Shown one piece after another: positions 28,242-39,170 of a DNA stretch of 64,000 nt. The position numbers and the translations under genes were made by a program. The stretch is from an uncultured virus (IMG/VR IMGVR_UViG_3300031555_002006) (taxonomy: Duplodnaviria > Heunggongvirae > Uroviricota > Caudoviricetes), in the IMG/VR virus record IMGVR_UViG_3300031555_002006; one strand, written 5' to 3'. A model generated the notes under the pieces. The model worked only from the letters and a program-made list of their open reading frames with translations, was not told the DNA's origin and ran no database searches. The first letter of the stretch is position 1, and every line of letters begins with the position of its first letter.

Positions 28242-29054
28242 ATGATGGCAAGGAAGCGAAGTCCGCAAAGCATCGAGGCGGAAAAAATGCACAAGGACGG
28301 AATGCTCCTTGTCGATATTGCCGCAAAACTCGGCGTTCCTGCCAGTACCGTCCGCCGCTGGAAGAGCGACCAAGATTGGGACGGCAAGAAGGCCGAAGCC
28401 GCAAAAAAAAACAAACCGAACGCTCGGAATAAATCGGAAGATAAGAAACCGAGCGCTCGGAAACCGCGAGGGGCGCCGCCGGGGAATAAAAACGCCCTTG
28501 GAAACTCCGGTGGCGCACCCAAGGGGAATAGCAATGCACTCAAGCATGGCGGCTATTCCGCTATCTTCTGGGACACCCTCTCCGATGATGAAAAGGAAAT
28601 GATCGACACAATGGAGCATGACGAAGAACAGCTCCTCATTGACGAAATCAACCTGCTCACCGTTAGAGAGCGGCGCATCATGCAGAGCATAGCCAAGTAC
28701 AAGGACTCCAAGTCCGGACAGGCGGTGCGGTCTATCTATACCTCGGAGCAAAAGCGAAGGTTCACTGGCACCGAGGAAGAGAAAGCCAATGACGAGGCCT
28801 TATATGCCAGACGGATACGGGAGAAGGTGGAAGCCAACGAACGACTCCCCGGCGAACTCTATCAGGTGGCAACTACAACGGAGGCCACTTACGATATTGT
28901 CCAGCGGCTCGAAGAAGCTCTTACCCGCTGTCAGGCTCAGAAGCAACGCTGTATCGACAGCCTGTGCAGAGTCCGACAGAACAAGGGCAGCGGCGGCAGC
29001 GAGGTCGTAAATGACTGGATCTCCGGCGTGTTGGGAGGTGCTGACGTTGAGTAG
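28242..29054 (+). CDS. terS: Terminase small subunit
   Basis: HTH (STVRRWKS..W), GAPPGNKNA and GAPKGNSNALKHG. Confidence 0.85.
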   Translation: MMARKRSPQSIEAEKMHKDGMLLVDIAAKLGVPASTVRRWKSDQDWDGKKAEAAKKNKPNARNKSEDKKPSARKPRGAPPGNKNALGNSGGAPKGNSNALKHGGYSAIFWDTLSDDEKEMIDTMEHDEEQLLIDEINLLTVRERRIMQSIAKYKDSKSGQAVRSIYTSEQKRRFTGTEEEKANDEALYARRIREKVEANERLPGELYQVATTTEATYDIVQRLEEALTRCQAQKQRCIDSLCRVRQNKGSGGSEVVNDWISGVLGGADVE

Positions 29055-30438
29055 TGCTCGCAGTAATTTCTTTCAGCAGCGGATACCGCTGTATCGAGAG
29101 AATGTCGTTCTGTTTGCTCAGGAAGTCCTTCGCTTTGAACCTGACGATTGGCAGCGCGAAGTTTTGGAAGATCTCGCAAAGCAGAGACAGGTCGCCGTTA
29201 AGTCTGGGCAGGGTGTTGGTAAAACTGGCTTGGAGTCGGTGGCCCTTCTGTGGTTTCTCTCTTGCTTCCCATTCCCTCGCGTGGTAGCTACCGCCCCCAC
29301 AAAGCAGCAGCTGCATGATGTCCTGTGGTCCGAGGTTGAGAAGTGGCGAAGCAGATCTCCGCTGCTCCAAGAGATCCTCAAGTGGACCAAGACCTATATC
29401 TACATGAAGGGGTACGAAAAGCGGTGGTTCGCCGTTGCTCGCACGGCCACGAAGCCCGAAAATATGCAGGGCTTCCATGAGGACAATATGCTGTTCATCG
29501 TGGACGAGGCCTCCGGCGTTGCTGACCCCATCATGGAAGCTATTCTCGGTACTCTGACAGGCGACAATAACAAGCTGCTCCTGTGCGGAAACCCCACGCG
29601 GACGAGCGGCGTTTTCTTCGATGCTTTCAATGCTTCCCGTGCGCTGTATGCCTGTCATACGGTCAACTCAGAGGACAGCAAGCGCACGAACAAAACAAAC
29701 ATTGAGGCCCTGGCTCGGAAGTACGGGCGCGAGAGCAATGTCTATCGAGTCCGTGTGCTGGGCGAGTTCCCCAAGCAGGAAGATGATGTGCTGATTGCTC
29801 TTGACCTTGTAGAAGCTGCCGTGAAGCGACGCTTTGAAGGTAAGAAGCTCACCAAAGCCACCATCGGCGTCGACGTGGCCCGGTTCGGCAATGATGAAAC
29901 CGTCCTGTTCACCAACGAGGGCGGCACGATCTTACCCCCGAAGGCTCGTCATGGGCAGGATCTTATGAAGACCGTGGGCGATATTGTTGTCGAGTATAAG
30001 CGCCTGCTCACCAAATACCCCAAGATCAAAACCGTTCAGGTGGTCATCGATGATACCGGCTTGGGCGGCGGCGTGACCGACAGATTGCGCGAGGTGGCTC
30101 GAGAACTGAGCCTTACCAAAATGCATATCATCCCGGTCAACTTCGCAGAGAGTGTCCCGGAAAAGGAGAATGTGGACGGCTTTGCCAATATCTCCACATA
30201 CATCTGGTTCAAGATCCGGACGGCGCTTGAGCGGGGAGAACTGGCCCTCCCAAATGACCCTGAGCTGATTTCTCAGCTGACGGCCAGAAAATACACCATA
30301 ACAAGCCGTGGACAAATACAGGTCGAATCCAAGGAGCAGATGAAGAAGCGTGGCCTTGACTCCCCCGACCGGGGCGATGCCCTTGCTCTCAGCTGCTACG
30401 ATGTGAAGACCTTTGACCTGGCGGCACTTACTCGATAA
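29047..30438 (+). CDS. terL: Terminase large subunit
   Basis: SGQGVGKT, IVDEASG, GNPT, GVDVARFG.D, SPDRGDAL. Confidence 0.95.
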   Translation: MSSARSNFFQQRIPLYRENVVLFAQEVLRFEPDDWQREVLEDLAKQRQVAVKSGQGVGKTGLESVALLWFLSCFPFPRVVATAPTKQQLHDVLWSEVEKWRSRSPLLQEILKWTKTYIYMKGYEKRWFAVARTATKPENMQGFHEDNMLFIVDEASGVADPIMEAILGTLTGDNNKLLLCGNPTRTSGVFFDAFNASRALYACHTVNSEDSKRTNKTNIEALARKYGRESNVYRVRVLGEFPKQEDDVLIALDLVEAAVKRRFEGKKLTKATIGVDVARFGNDETVLFTNEGGTILPPKARHGQDLMKTVGDIVVEYKRLLTKYPKIKTVQVVIDDTGLGGGVTDRLREVARELSLTKMHIIPVNFAESVPEKENVDGFANISTYIWFKIRTALERGELALPNDPELISQLTARKYTITSRGQIQVESKEQMKKRGLDSPDRGDALALSCYDVKTFDLAALTR

Positions 30439-30453
30439 AGGAGGAATGAAGCT

Positions 30454-32721
30454 ATGAAAGTCGAGCGCGGAGGGGCATACCGCGAAGACGGATATGTCAA
30501 TCTGCTCACGAACTATGGCACAAGGCGCGACAGCTCCTCGGCCTACGCTTATCAGGCTGCGCCCCTCGTGGATGACCAGACCTTGACGGAGTATTATATC
30601 TCCAACGGTCTGTTTGCCAAGATCATCGACGCACCCTCTGAGCGTGCCGCAACAGGAGGTTTCGACCTGGGCTTGAATGACGAAGATCTTGAGACCATCG
30701 TTTCTGACGCTCTTGACGATCTCGATTGGGAGGCTATCGCCACCGAAGCCATCAAGTGGACACGCCTGTTCGGCGGTGCCATCGGCGTCATGCTCATTGA
30801 TGACGGCGGCACATTGGAGCAGCCCCTCAACTATGCACGTATCAAGGGCATTGAGGAAATCGTCATGTTTGAGCGCCCTTGCGTAGAACCGGATTACACC
30901 CGGCTTTACGGCTTCGGCGGTGACGGACAGAACCTCAAAAGGAAGATGCGAGATCCTGAGTATTACCGAGTGACCTCGCAGATGGGCAGCTTCATCGTGC
31001 ATGAAAGCCGCTGCCTGACATTCCGAGCAAACAAGCTCCCCGAATTGACCAAGTTCCAGCAGTACCAGTTCTGGGGAGTGCCTGAATATGTCCGCATTCG
31101 TGAAGAGTTGCGGGAAACCATGGTGAGCCATGGGTATAGCGTCCGAATGTTGGAGCGCTGCATTCAGGCCGTACATAAAATGGGCGACCTCGCCTATAAG
31201 ATGATGTCCGAAGCCGGCGAAGCTGAGGTGCTCAAGCGCATCGAGCTCGTAGACCTTGCCCGGAGCCTTTTCAACACCATCGTCATCGACAAGGAGGGTG
31301 AGGATTACGGCTTCCAGACCTACACCATGTCCGGCGTGAAGGAGATCCTCGACGGCACCTGTAATATGCTGTCTGCTGTGACACAGATCCCGCAGACGGT
31401 TCTGTTTGGCCGCTCCCCTGCAGGTGAGAACTCCACCGGAGAGAGTGATATGGAGAACTATTACGGCTATCTCGGCAGCGTTCAGAAGGTTGTCCTCAAG
31501 CCTGGCATTGCTCGACTGCTGGACATCATCTTTACAGCTGCAAAGAACATCGGGCAGATCGATAAGGTTCCCAAGTTCAGGGTAGACTTCAATCCCTTGT
31601 GGAAACTCTCTGACACTGAGGAAGCCAACCTCGACAAGGCCAGAGCCGATGCCACCTTCGTTCGCGCACAGGCTGCATCTCTGTATCTCACCAATCAGGT
31701 TCTCAGCCCCGAGGAAGTCCGCGAGGGTCTCAAGACCAGCAATGACTTCAATGTTGAGGACCTTGTGGACGAGGACTCTGAGTGGGATGTTCCTGATACC
31801 CCGCCTTTGCCTCCTAATTTGACCGCAGGCGGCCTTAATCCTACTCCGCAGGAAAATATACTCCCGAAAGTTTGGCCTGATGCAGGGCGCGGAGACGGCG
31901 AAGAAGTGAAGGGTGTGGGCGTCCTCGTTTTGGACGGCGACAAGGTGCTGTGCGCCAAGCGGCACGATGGCCCTTGGTGGGGTGGCCCTGGTGGACACAT
32001 CGAAGAGGGTGAGAGCCCGGAGGCTGCTGCTGTAAGAGAGACGCAGGAAGAGTTCAATATCACGGTCAAGGATCTCCGCCCCCTCGGACGAGTTCCCTAC
32101 ACCGAAGAATATGGCGCCCCCTTCATTTTTGTGTGCACGGATTACGACGGCAAGCCAAAGGCTGACGGCGAGGAAATGCACAATCAGCAGTGGAAGTCTG
32201 CTGCCGAGCTGGTGCTTGATCCCGAAACCGTGTTTCCTCCCTTCTACGACTCGTTAAAACTCCTTTTCCCTCAGATGTTCACTGAGGACTGGGACGAAAA
32301 CGAGCACGACCGCGACAAAACGGGCAAGTTCTCCAATATGGGAGGCGAAGCGAAGTCAAAGGAAAAAGCGGAGAAGTCAAAGAAAGACTTGAAAAATGCA
32401 GAGAATAGTGGTAATATGTACGCAGAAGAACAAGTTACCAGCTATATCAAATCTCCGAAGCGGCTTGGCGAGACTACCCATCGTGAAAAGTACGATGACT
32501 TTATCGCGCACGGCACTGATGTAAAGCCCCTTGCTCGGGGCAGCCAGAAGGGCCGTGAATATCTGGATGGTGGCGGGTATAAAGTCGTTGTTCCGGCTGA
32601 CGGGGCAGCACTGTCTTATCATCCCGAGGAAGGTAGTCACCACGGCGGCGAATACTACAAGCTTGCCAGTGGCAAGACTGGTACTAAGCGATACGACATG
32701 AACGGAGATCCCATAGAGTAA
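30454..32721 (+). CDS. Portal protein (DUF1073-like) fused to a Nudix hydrolase and a C-terminal toxin-like domain
   Basis: Follows terL; IPQTVLFGRSPAG.NSTGESD..NYY; Nudix box GGHIEEGESPEAAAVRETQEE; extra C-terminal region. Confidence 0.85.
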   Translation: MKVERGGAYREDGYVNLLTNYGTRRDSSSAYAYQAAPLVDDQTLTEYYISNGLFAKIIDAPSERAATGGFDLGLNDEDLETIVSDALDDLDWEAIATEAIKWTRLFGGAIGVMLIDDGGTLEQPLNYARIKGIEEIVMFERPCVEPDYTRLYGFGGDGQNLKRKMRDPEYYRVTSQMGSFIVHESRCLTFRANKLPELTKFQQYQFWGVPEYVRIREELRETMVSHGYSVRMLERCIQAVHKMGDLAYKMMSEAGEAEVLKRIELVDLARSLFNTIVIDKEGEDYGFQTYTMSGVKEILDGTCNMLSAVTQIPQTVLFGRSPAGENSTGESDMENYYGYLGSVQKVVLKPGIARLLDIIFTAAKNIGQIDKVPKFRVDFNPLWKLSDTEEANLDKARADATFVRAQAASLYLTNQVLSPEEVREGLKTSNDFNVEDLVDEDSEWDVPDTPPLPPNLTAGGLNPTPQENILPKVWPDAGRGDGEEVKGVGVLVLDGDKVLCAKRHDGPWWGGPGGHIEEGESPEAAAVRETQEEFNITVKDLRPLGRVPYTEEYGAPFIFVCTDYDGKPKADGEEMHNQQWKSAAELVLDPETVFPPFYDSLKLLFPQMFTEDWDENEHDRDKTGKFSNMGGEAKSKEKAEKSKKDLKNAENSGNMYAEEQVTSYIKSPKRLGETTHREKYDDFIAHGTDVKPLARGSQKGREYLDGGGYKVVVPADGAALSYHPEEGSHHGGEYYKLASGKTGTKRYDMNGDPIE

Positions 32722-32739
32722 TGATTGGAGGTAGAGCCA

Positions 32740-33003
32740 ATGAAAATTGAACAGAGCAATTTCTTTGACGGTTTGGGGTTTGAAGAACTCGAGATCAATG
32801 GTGCGCCCTGTTATAAGGGGCCTGATGGCTTCTATTACAGGATGGACCATTTCGCCTCCACCTATGTCATCGAATACGCTGAGACCGAGGACGAAGCCCG
32901 CAAGAATATCTTCGATGATGCAGATCGCTTTGATGACGATCTGCCCGAAGCCGAGTTGATCGCACAAGTTCAGAACGCCCTTCGTGAGTACGTGGCAGGC
33001 TGA
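32740..33003 (+). CDS. Small acidic protein, candidate immunity protein
   Basis: 87 aa, D/E-rich, directly after the portal extension, with RBS. Confidence 0.5.
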   Translation: MKIEQSNFFDGLGFEELEINGAPCYKGPDGFYYRMDHFASTYVIEYAETEDEARKNIFDDADRFDDDLPEAELIAQVQNALREYVAG

Positions 33004-33025
33004 TTGCCACAACCCTATATTGCAG

Positions 33026-33056
33026 AAAAAGCGACGCTATCATGGCGTCGCTTTTT
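33026..33056 (+). terminator. Hairpin flanked by A/T tracts
   Basis: aaaaagcgacgc-tatcatg-gcgtcgcttttt. Confidence 0.6.
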
Positions 33057-33076
33057 TATTTTGATCGGAGGTATCT

Positions 33077-33949
33077 ATGGATAACGATCTGAGAAAAGAA
33101 GCCCTCCGGAAAGCCGCCATCAAGGCCAATCACGGAAAGAAGGTTGTAATCCCGAGCGTTGCTCCGATATACCCCTTTGCCATCGAGCGTGAATATCGTA
33201 AGTTGGCGAATGAGTATATCAGCTGCGTCAAGACGGTGTTCCTGAAGCACTTCGGCAAGGTCAAGGCAGCCAGCAAGGAAAGAACCGACAGTATCAGCGA
33301 CCGGGATTTCACCGCAATTATCCGCATGGCATTTGCTGACATGGAAGTTGAACTGACGAATGTTCTTAATAAGTTCGGCCTCAAACGCCGCATTACGAAG
33401 ATCGCCCAGCGGCTCAACAACCATTCTGCGGAGGAGTTCGCTAAGATCCTGCAATCCGTGAGCATTGATGTCACCAAGGATATGTTCATGGGTGACTTCT
33501 TCCGCTTTGAGTTGGAACGCTGGGTGCAGGCCAACGTCGATTTGATTTCCACACTTCCGCACAAGACCCTCTCGGCCATGAGGCAGACTTGCCTTGAAGG
33601 ATACCGGGAGGGTAAATCTATATCTACCATCACAAAGGAGATCCAGCGCAGGTACAAGACGGTCGGCAAGAACCACGCTCGTCTGATCGCTCGAGATCAA
33701 ACAGCAAAGATCTCTGCCAAGATCAACCAGAGCCACCAGCAGGCCGCAGGCATCCGGGAGTATATCTGGATATGCGTCATGGACGGCCGGCAGCGGAAAG
33801 ACCACGAAGATCTCCACAAAACAAGGCAATCATGGGATAACCCTCCCATCGTTGATAAACGGACAGGAGCACGCGCCCACCCGGGAGAATACTTCCAGTG
33901 TAGGTGCCGTGCAAAGCCCGTTATAGACCTGTCCGTGTTGGACCTTTAA
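33077..33949 (+). CDS. MuF/SPP1 gp7-like minor head protein
   Basis: ARLIARDQ, YIW....D.R.R..H, HPGEYFQCRC. Confidence 0.9.
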   Translation: MDNDLRKEALRKAAIKANHGKKVVIPSVAPIYPFAIEREYRKLANEYISCVKTVFLKHFGKVKAASKERTDSISDRDFTAIIRMAFADMEVELTNVLNKFGLKRRITKIAQRLNNHSAEEFAKILQSVSIDVTKDMFMGDFFRFELERWVQANVDLISTLPHKTLSAMRQTCLEGYREGKSISTITKEIQRRYKTVGKNHARLIARDQTAKISAKINQSHQQAAGIREYIWICVMDGRQRKDHEDLHKTRQSWDNPPIVDKRTGARAHPGEYFQCRCRAKPVIDLSVLDL

Positions 33950-34000
33950 GGAGGTGAGGGCTGTGAAAAAGCTGATTTTTTAAGCGAAAGGAGCTTACCA

Positions 34001-35353
34001 ATGGATAGAGAAGAAACCAGGCGCGAGTTACGCTTGGACGAAATCAATCTGGACTCGACTTACTGGACTGATGAAGGTTATCTGATTGACTCGCCCATCG
34101 TAACCACTGTCGGCGTTTTTGAATACAAGAACCCCGACGGCACCAAACGCCGGGAGCTGCGCCGCCCGGAAGATGTGTTCGATCCTGAGAGCCTTGCATC
34201 CTTCTTGGGCAAGCCCGTTCTCTTCACACACGCCGCTGGCCTTGTGGATAAAACCAATGCCAGCAAGGAGAACATCGGCACCATCACTTCCATCGGCCGC
34301 GAGGAAGGCGATAACGTCAGATGCGATATCGTCATCCATAACACCGAAGTTTTGGAGAAGTATGGATACCGCGCCCTCTCCCTGGGCTATACACAGACCT
34401 TTGTCGAAGAGCCCGGCGAATGGGAGGGCCAGCCTTATGACGGCTATCAGACTAATATCAGGATCAATCATCTTGCCCTTGTTCGCAAGGCAAGGGCTGG
34501 TGAAAACGCCCGCCTGAATATTGACAGCGCGGACGAAGAAGAAATTACAGGAGGTATCACAATGAGCAATCCCAATGACAAGAAGCGCATTGACGAAGGC
34601 ACTGACCCCGTCATTCCCCCCGCTGCTGCCGACGAGACCGCGAAGCCCTCTCCCGAGGATGTAGTGAAGAGCATCCGCGAGCGTCAGGATCGCCGCGACT
34701 CTGCCGGCATTCCCACTGACCCCGAGGCTGCATCTGCTTGTATCGCAGAGCAGGCCGAGGACATCAACACTCTGCTGTCCGCTTTCGACGGCATGATGGC
34801 ACAGCGCGATTTTGACTCTGCTGCCGACAAGCCCACCGAAGACACCGCCGCCGAGCCTCCCGTCAAGGAGGATGAGGAAGATCCCCCCACTACCGAGGAG
34901 GAAAACAAGGATGCAGTCGGCGCCCCTGCCGCCCCCGCTGCTCCTCCCGCTCCCGGCACTGAGCCCGCAGGCACCAGCGTCGAGCTGAAGGTTTCCATGG
35001 ACTCCATTGACCGCATGGTATCTGAGCGTCTGTCCATCCTGCGTGTTGGCGACAAGCTCAATCTGGACGGTCTGGAAAGCATGCCCATCCGCGAAGCCAA
35101 GGCCGCCATCGTTAAGGCGGTGAGACCCGGCATGCGCATGGACGGCGTAAGTGATGACTACATCAACGCCGCCTATGACATGGCTGTTGCTACTGTCAAC
35201 GGCAGAAAGTCCACCGACATTCAGCGCGAGCAGATGACCGGTGGCCGCAAGGCAACCTTCGACAGTGCGCCCGCACCCACCACTGGCGGCAGTGCTGCTG
35301 ATCGCAGAACTGCCATGATCAATCGTAATCAGAAGAGAAAGGATGTTGAATAA
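34001..35353 (+). CDS. Prohead protease/scaffold (DUF2213-like)
   Basis: GVFEY, LSLGY, NHLALVRKARAG, acidic C-terminal scaffold. Confidence 0.85.
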   Translation: MDREETRRELRLDEINLDSTYWTDEGYLIDSPIVTTVGVFEYKNPDGTKRRELRRPEDVFDPESLASFLGKPVLFTHAAGLVDKTNASKENIGTITSIGREEGDNVRCDIVIHNTEVLEKYGYRALSLGYTQTFVEEPGEWEGQPYDGYQTNIRINHLALVRKARAGENARLNIDSADEEEITGGITMSNPNDKKRIDEGTDPVIPPAAADETAKPSPEDVVKSIRERQDRRDSAGIPTDPEAASACIAEQAEDINTLLSAFDGMMAQRDFDSAADKPTEDTAAEPPVKEDEEDPPTTEEENKDAVGAPAAPAAPPAPGTEPAGTSVELKVSMDSIDRMVSERLSILRVGDKLNLDGLESMPIREAKAAIVKAVRPGMRMDGVSDDYINAAYDMAVATVNGRKSTDIQREQMTGGRKATFDSAPAPTTGGSAADRRTAMINRNQKRKDVE

Positions 35354-35835
35354 TGAACACCAATTACTCCTATGTTAACGCGCCTGCCCATCCCGGCATG
35401 ATTGCCGACCAGGCTCCCCGCCACGTTGTGGCCCGTATTCTGGACGAAGATGCTAAGTTCGGCATCGCCGCTATCATCGGCGCAACCCCCGGCAAGACCA
35501 TCAAGAAGCCCGCTACCGGCGCTACTGCCGCGCAGATCGAGGGCGTCATCCTGAACCATGGCACTGTTGAGCACCAGCATCTGACTGGCGGCGTTGCCCT
35601 GAAGGAGGGCACCACCTGTTCTGTCATGGCGTTCGGCACCGTCTGGGTCCGCGTGGAGACCGATATCGAGCCTTCCTACGGCGACCCCTGCAAGGTGCTG
35701 ATTTCCGGTGACGAGGCCGGTTACTTCACCACTGCCGAAACCACCGGCACCGCCATCGATGTCGCAGGCATCTTCCTTGGTGAGGCTGCCGATGGTATCG
35801 CCAAGGTCAAGCTGTTCGACTCTGCCAATGGCTAA
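35353..35835 (+). CDS. Capsid decoration/cement protein
   Basis: Size and position between scaffold and capsid genes. Confidence 0.65.
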   Translation: MNTNYSYVNAPAHPGMIADQAPRHVVARILDEDAKFGIAAIIGATPGKTIKKPATGATAAQIEGVILNHGTVEHQHLTGGVALKEGTTCSVMAFGTVWVRVETDIEPSYGDPCKVLISGDEAGYFTTAETTGTAIDVAGIFLGEAADGIAKVKLFDSANG

Positions 35836-35855
35836 TTAAGAAGGAGGAATAACAC

Positions 35856-36863
35856 ATGAAGAACCCTGCTCCCTACAATGTTGCAGACTACAATGCCCTG
35901 CTGAACTCCAATATCAGCAAGGCGCTGGCCGACAACGGCCGCTTTGACAGCGCAGAGGACGCTTCCGTCTTCTTCGCTCGTGAGCTGGACCAGGTCAAGG
36001 GCAAGACCTATGACCGCCAGTACCCCGAACTGTCCGCTCTGAACCACTTCCCTCAGACCTCCGAGATCAATCCCGGTGCTGAGACCTTCACTTTCTACGC
36101 CTACGACGAGGTCGGTCTGGCTGAGATCATCAGCAACTACTCCACCGATCTGCCCCGTGTTGACGTTCTGGGCAAGCCCAAGACCGTCCGCATTCGTTCT
36201 CTGGGCGACGCCTACGGCTACTCTGTGCAGGAAATGCGCGCTGCCTCCTTTGCGAACAAGTCTCTGGACTCCTCCAAGGCTTCCGCAGCTCGCCGCGCCA
36301 TCGAGACCAAGCACAACATGATCGCCTTTGTCGGCGACGAGGAAACCGGCCTGATTGGCGTTTTCTCCGACGATAATGGTGTTCCTCGCTACACCATCCC
36401 CGCTGGCGCTTCCGGCGATACCTCTTGGGCTTCCAAGACCGCACAGGAGATCATCAACGACGTATCCGGTATGCGCGAGGCCATCGATGATCTGACCAAC
36501 AGCGTCGAGAAGCCTGACACTCTGATGATCGCATCCAGCGTTCACGCCATCCTGTCCCGCACCATCATCGAGGGTACCGCAACCTCCGTTCTGTCCTTCA
36601 TCCGCGATAACTTCGATTGGCTGAAGGAAATCATTCCCGCCCCCGAGCTGAATGCCAAGAACACCGCCTGCAACCCCACCGGCGAGAACCTGGCGTTCCT
36701 GTATACCAACGATGCCGAGAAGTTCTCCGTGGAGACCCCCATGCCCTTCTATCAGCATCCCGCCCAGAACAAGAACCTCGAGGTCGAGATTGCCTGCGAG
36801 TCCCGCGTCGCCGGCGCCACCTTCTACTATCCCATGTCCGCCATCATCGGTATGGGCATCTAA
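35856..36863 (+). CDS. Major capsid protein (DUF2184-like)
   Basis: DLPRVDV, YGYSVQE, IAFVGD; strong codon bias. Confidence 0.85.
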   Translation: MKNPAPYNVADYNALLNSNISKALADNGRFDSAEDASVFFARELDQVKGKTYDRQYPELSALNHFPQTSEINPGAETFTFYAYDEVGLAEIISNYSTDLPRVDVLGKPKTVRIRSLGDAYGYSVQEMRAASFANKSLDSSKASAARRAIETKHNMIAFVGDEETGLIGVFSDDNGVPRYTIPAGASGDTSWASKTAQEIINDVSGMREAIDDLTNSVEKPDTLMIASSVHAILSRTIIEGTATSVLSFIRDNFDWLKEIIPAPELNAKNTACNPTGENLAFLYTNDAEKFSVETPMPFYQHPAQNKNLEVEIACESRVAGATFYYPMSAIIGMGI

Positions 36864-36878
36864 GAAAGGAGCAACATC

Positions 36879-39170
36879 ATGAAGCTGAAGAACAATTCCA
36901 AGAACATCATCTGTGTCGCCGGGGAGGCCATTCTCCCCGGTAAGACCTCCGAAAATGATGTGGTCGAAACCCCTGTCATCAAGCGCATGGTCGCGAAGAA
37001 GCAGGTCGAGTTTGTGGACGGCAAGAAGGCCAAGGCTGAGGAGCTGCCCGATGACCCCAAGACCACTCTTATCAAGAGCGTCAAGGCTATGCGTAGCCTG
37101 GATAAGATGAAGGAGAAGGCCGAGGAGCTGGGCGTGGAAGTTGCCGAGGATGACACCGCCGAGACCCTCAAGGAGAAGCTGGTCGCCTACTACGAGGCTC
37201 AGTAATGGAAGCTATCGCTATCATCCGTCTGGTAGCTCCTGAGTTTGAAAAGGTCAGCGAAGAAGATCTGTCGAAATGGGTATCCCTTTGTGAGCCGCTT
37301 ATCAGCAAGAAGAAGTTCGGCGAGCTTTATAATCAGGCATTGGCTTTGATCGTAGCACATCGAATGAAGCTGTCTGGTAAATACGAGCCGGAGGAAACAG
37401 CAGCCATTCAGAGCATTGCGAACTCCGGCCGCGTGACTTCTTACACCGAGGGTCAGGTATCCATTTCTTTCAACAGCGCGGCTTCTGCCGGCGCCGGTAG
37501 CGATGCAACCTATGAGCTTACGGCCTACGGCCAGCAGTTCTTGGAGCTTCGCCGTTCTCTCATTGTACCCATCACAATTCGGGGAGGGGTGTGTCGTGGC
37601 TGACTACGAACTGCACCTTACCCCCGAGGGTGCCGCTGCTCTGAAAGCCATCGAGGATCTTGATGGCGTAACTATCAAGGTCGGCTGGGCAAACGGCATG
37701 AAAACGGCAAGCGGTGGTTCTCAGCCCGTAAAAGGTAAGCAGCGTAAGGCTGGCGGCGCAGTTGTGCCGTCGCCGGCCTCGCTCGCAGAAATCGCCATGT
37801 TTAACGATCTGGGTACTTCCACCATCCCGGCGAGACCGTTCATGAAGCAGGCCTTCGAGAACAATCAGGACGAGATCGAGGACTTTGTATCGCAGGGGCT
37901 GAAAAAAATCGCAGTAAGCGGTAAGTTTCAGCAGTTCCTCCAGCTCCTCGGCGTAAAGTTGGTGGATGTGGTACAGTCCGAGATCGAAGAGGGCCAGTTT
38001 ACTCCCAACTCTGCGGCTACCATTCGCCGCAAGGGCAGCGCACACCCGCTTATCGACACTTCCACGATGAAAAATAGCGTGGGATACGAGATTGAGGGGG
38101 AATGACATGCTTGCCTTATTCAAGAAAAAGTACATCGTTCGCCGCTACGGTGAGCAGTCCTTCGAGAGCGGCTATGAGAAGTCGAACCATGAGGATTTTG
38201 TGGCTTTGCTGGATGTACAGCCCCTTACCAGTGATGAACTGCAGGCCCTCCCAGAGGGTGAGAGAGTGGTTCGGAGGTTCAAAGCCTTTGGTGCTTCTGC
38301 TCTCAAGACTGCTGATGTCGCCACTGGCACCAAGGCCGACCTCGTGTATATCGACGGTGCATGGTACGAGGTGAAGAGCAGCAATCCGTGGCGGCATATC
38401 TCGCTGCTTGCCCACAACAATGTCGAACTCGTCTTTGTTGATAAGCAGCCGGCAGCGCCCGATATGGAGGTGTTGAAGTCATGACGCAAGGCACCGCCAA
38501 GACCATCCTGAGCGAGATCGTCAGCAAATACTTTGCTGCGGCTGTGATTGCATGGTCCAATCAGAACCGCTCTGTAATTCCTCAAAAACCTTTTATCCGC
38601 TTGACAGCCGGGAACCTGAGACGAAACAGGTTCCCGGCTGTTGACATTATTGAGGGCGTTCCCGTGGCCTCTTACGCTTGCTACTTCCCTTTGCAGATCG
38701 ACCTGTTCACCAATGGTCGCGAAGTGCCGGGAAGCGAACAGCGAGAGAATACATCTGTCGAGGATCTTCTGCTGTTTGTGGATTATCTCGACTCTGAATA
38801 TGTAGCAGATCTGTGCTACCGCCACGGATTGACCCTCACGGTAGACTCGGATGTGCTCGATCTTTCGGCGGCAATCTATGACGCCAACTATGAGTTTCGA
38901 TCTGAGGTCACGATCGGCGTTTCCTTTATGTACAAGGCTGTGGGCTATACAGGCACCTGCGGTGAAGACACCGTAAAGGTGGTGGAGATCACAGAGCCTG
39001 ACGAGGAGACGGGTGAGGAGGTTGTTGTGGAGACTGAGGAAACCATCGACATGACCGAACCTTTTAAACCGTCTGCCAGCGGCGGTAACACACAAGAGCT
39101 GGCTCGAGAAACAGATTGCGGATACTTCACCGCAGTCGAAATCAAATACGACAGGAGTGAAAAATCATGA
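36879..39170 (+). CDS. Head-completion/neck genes (36879-37205, 37205-37603 DUF4054-like, 37596-38105, 38107-38484, 38481-39170)
   Basis: Synteny; TAYGQQFLEL, IPARPF and PLIDT motifs. Confidence 0.7.
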
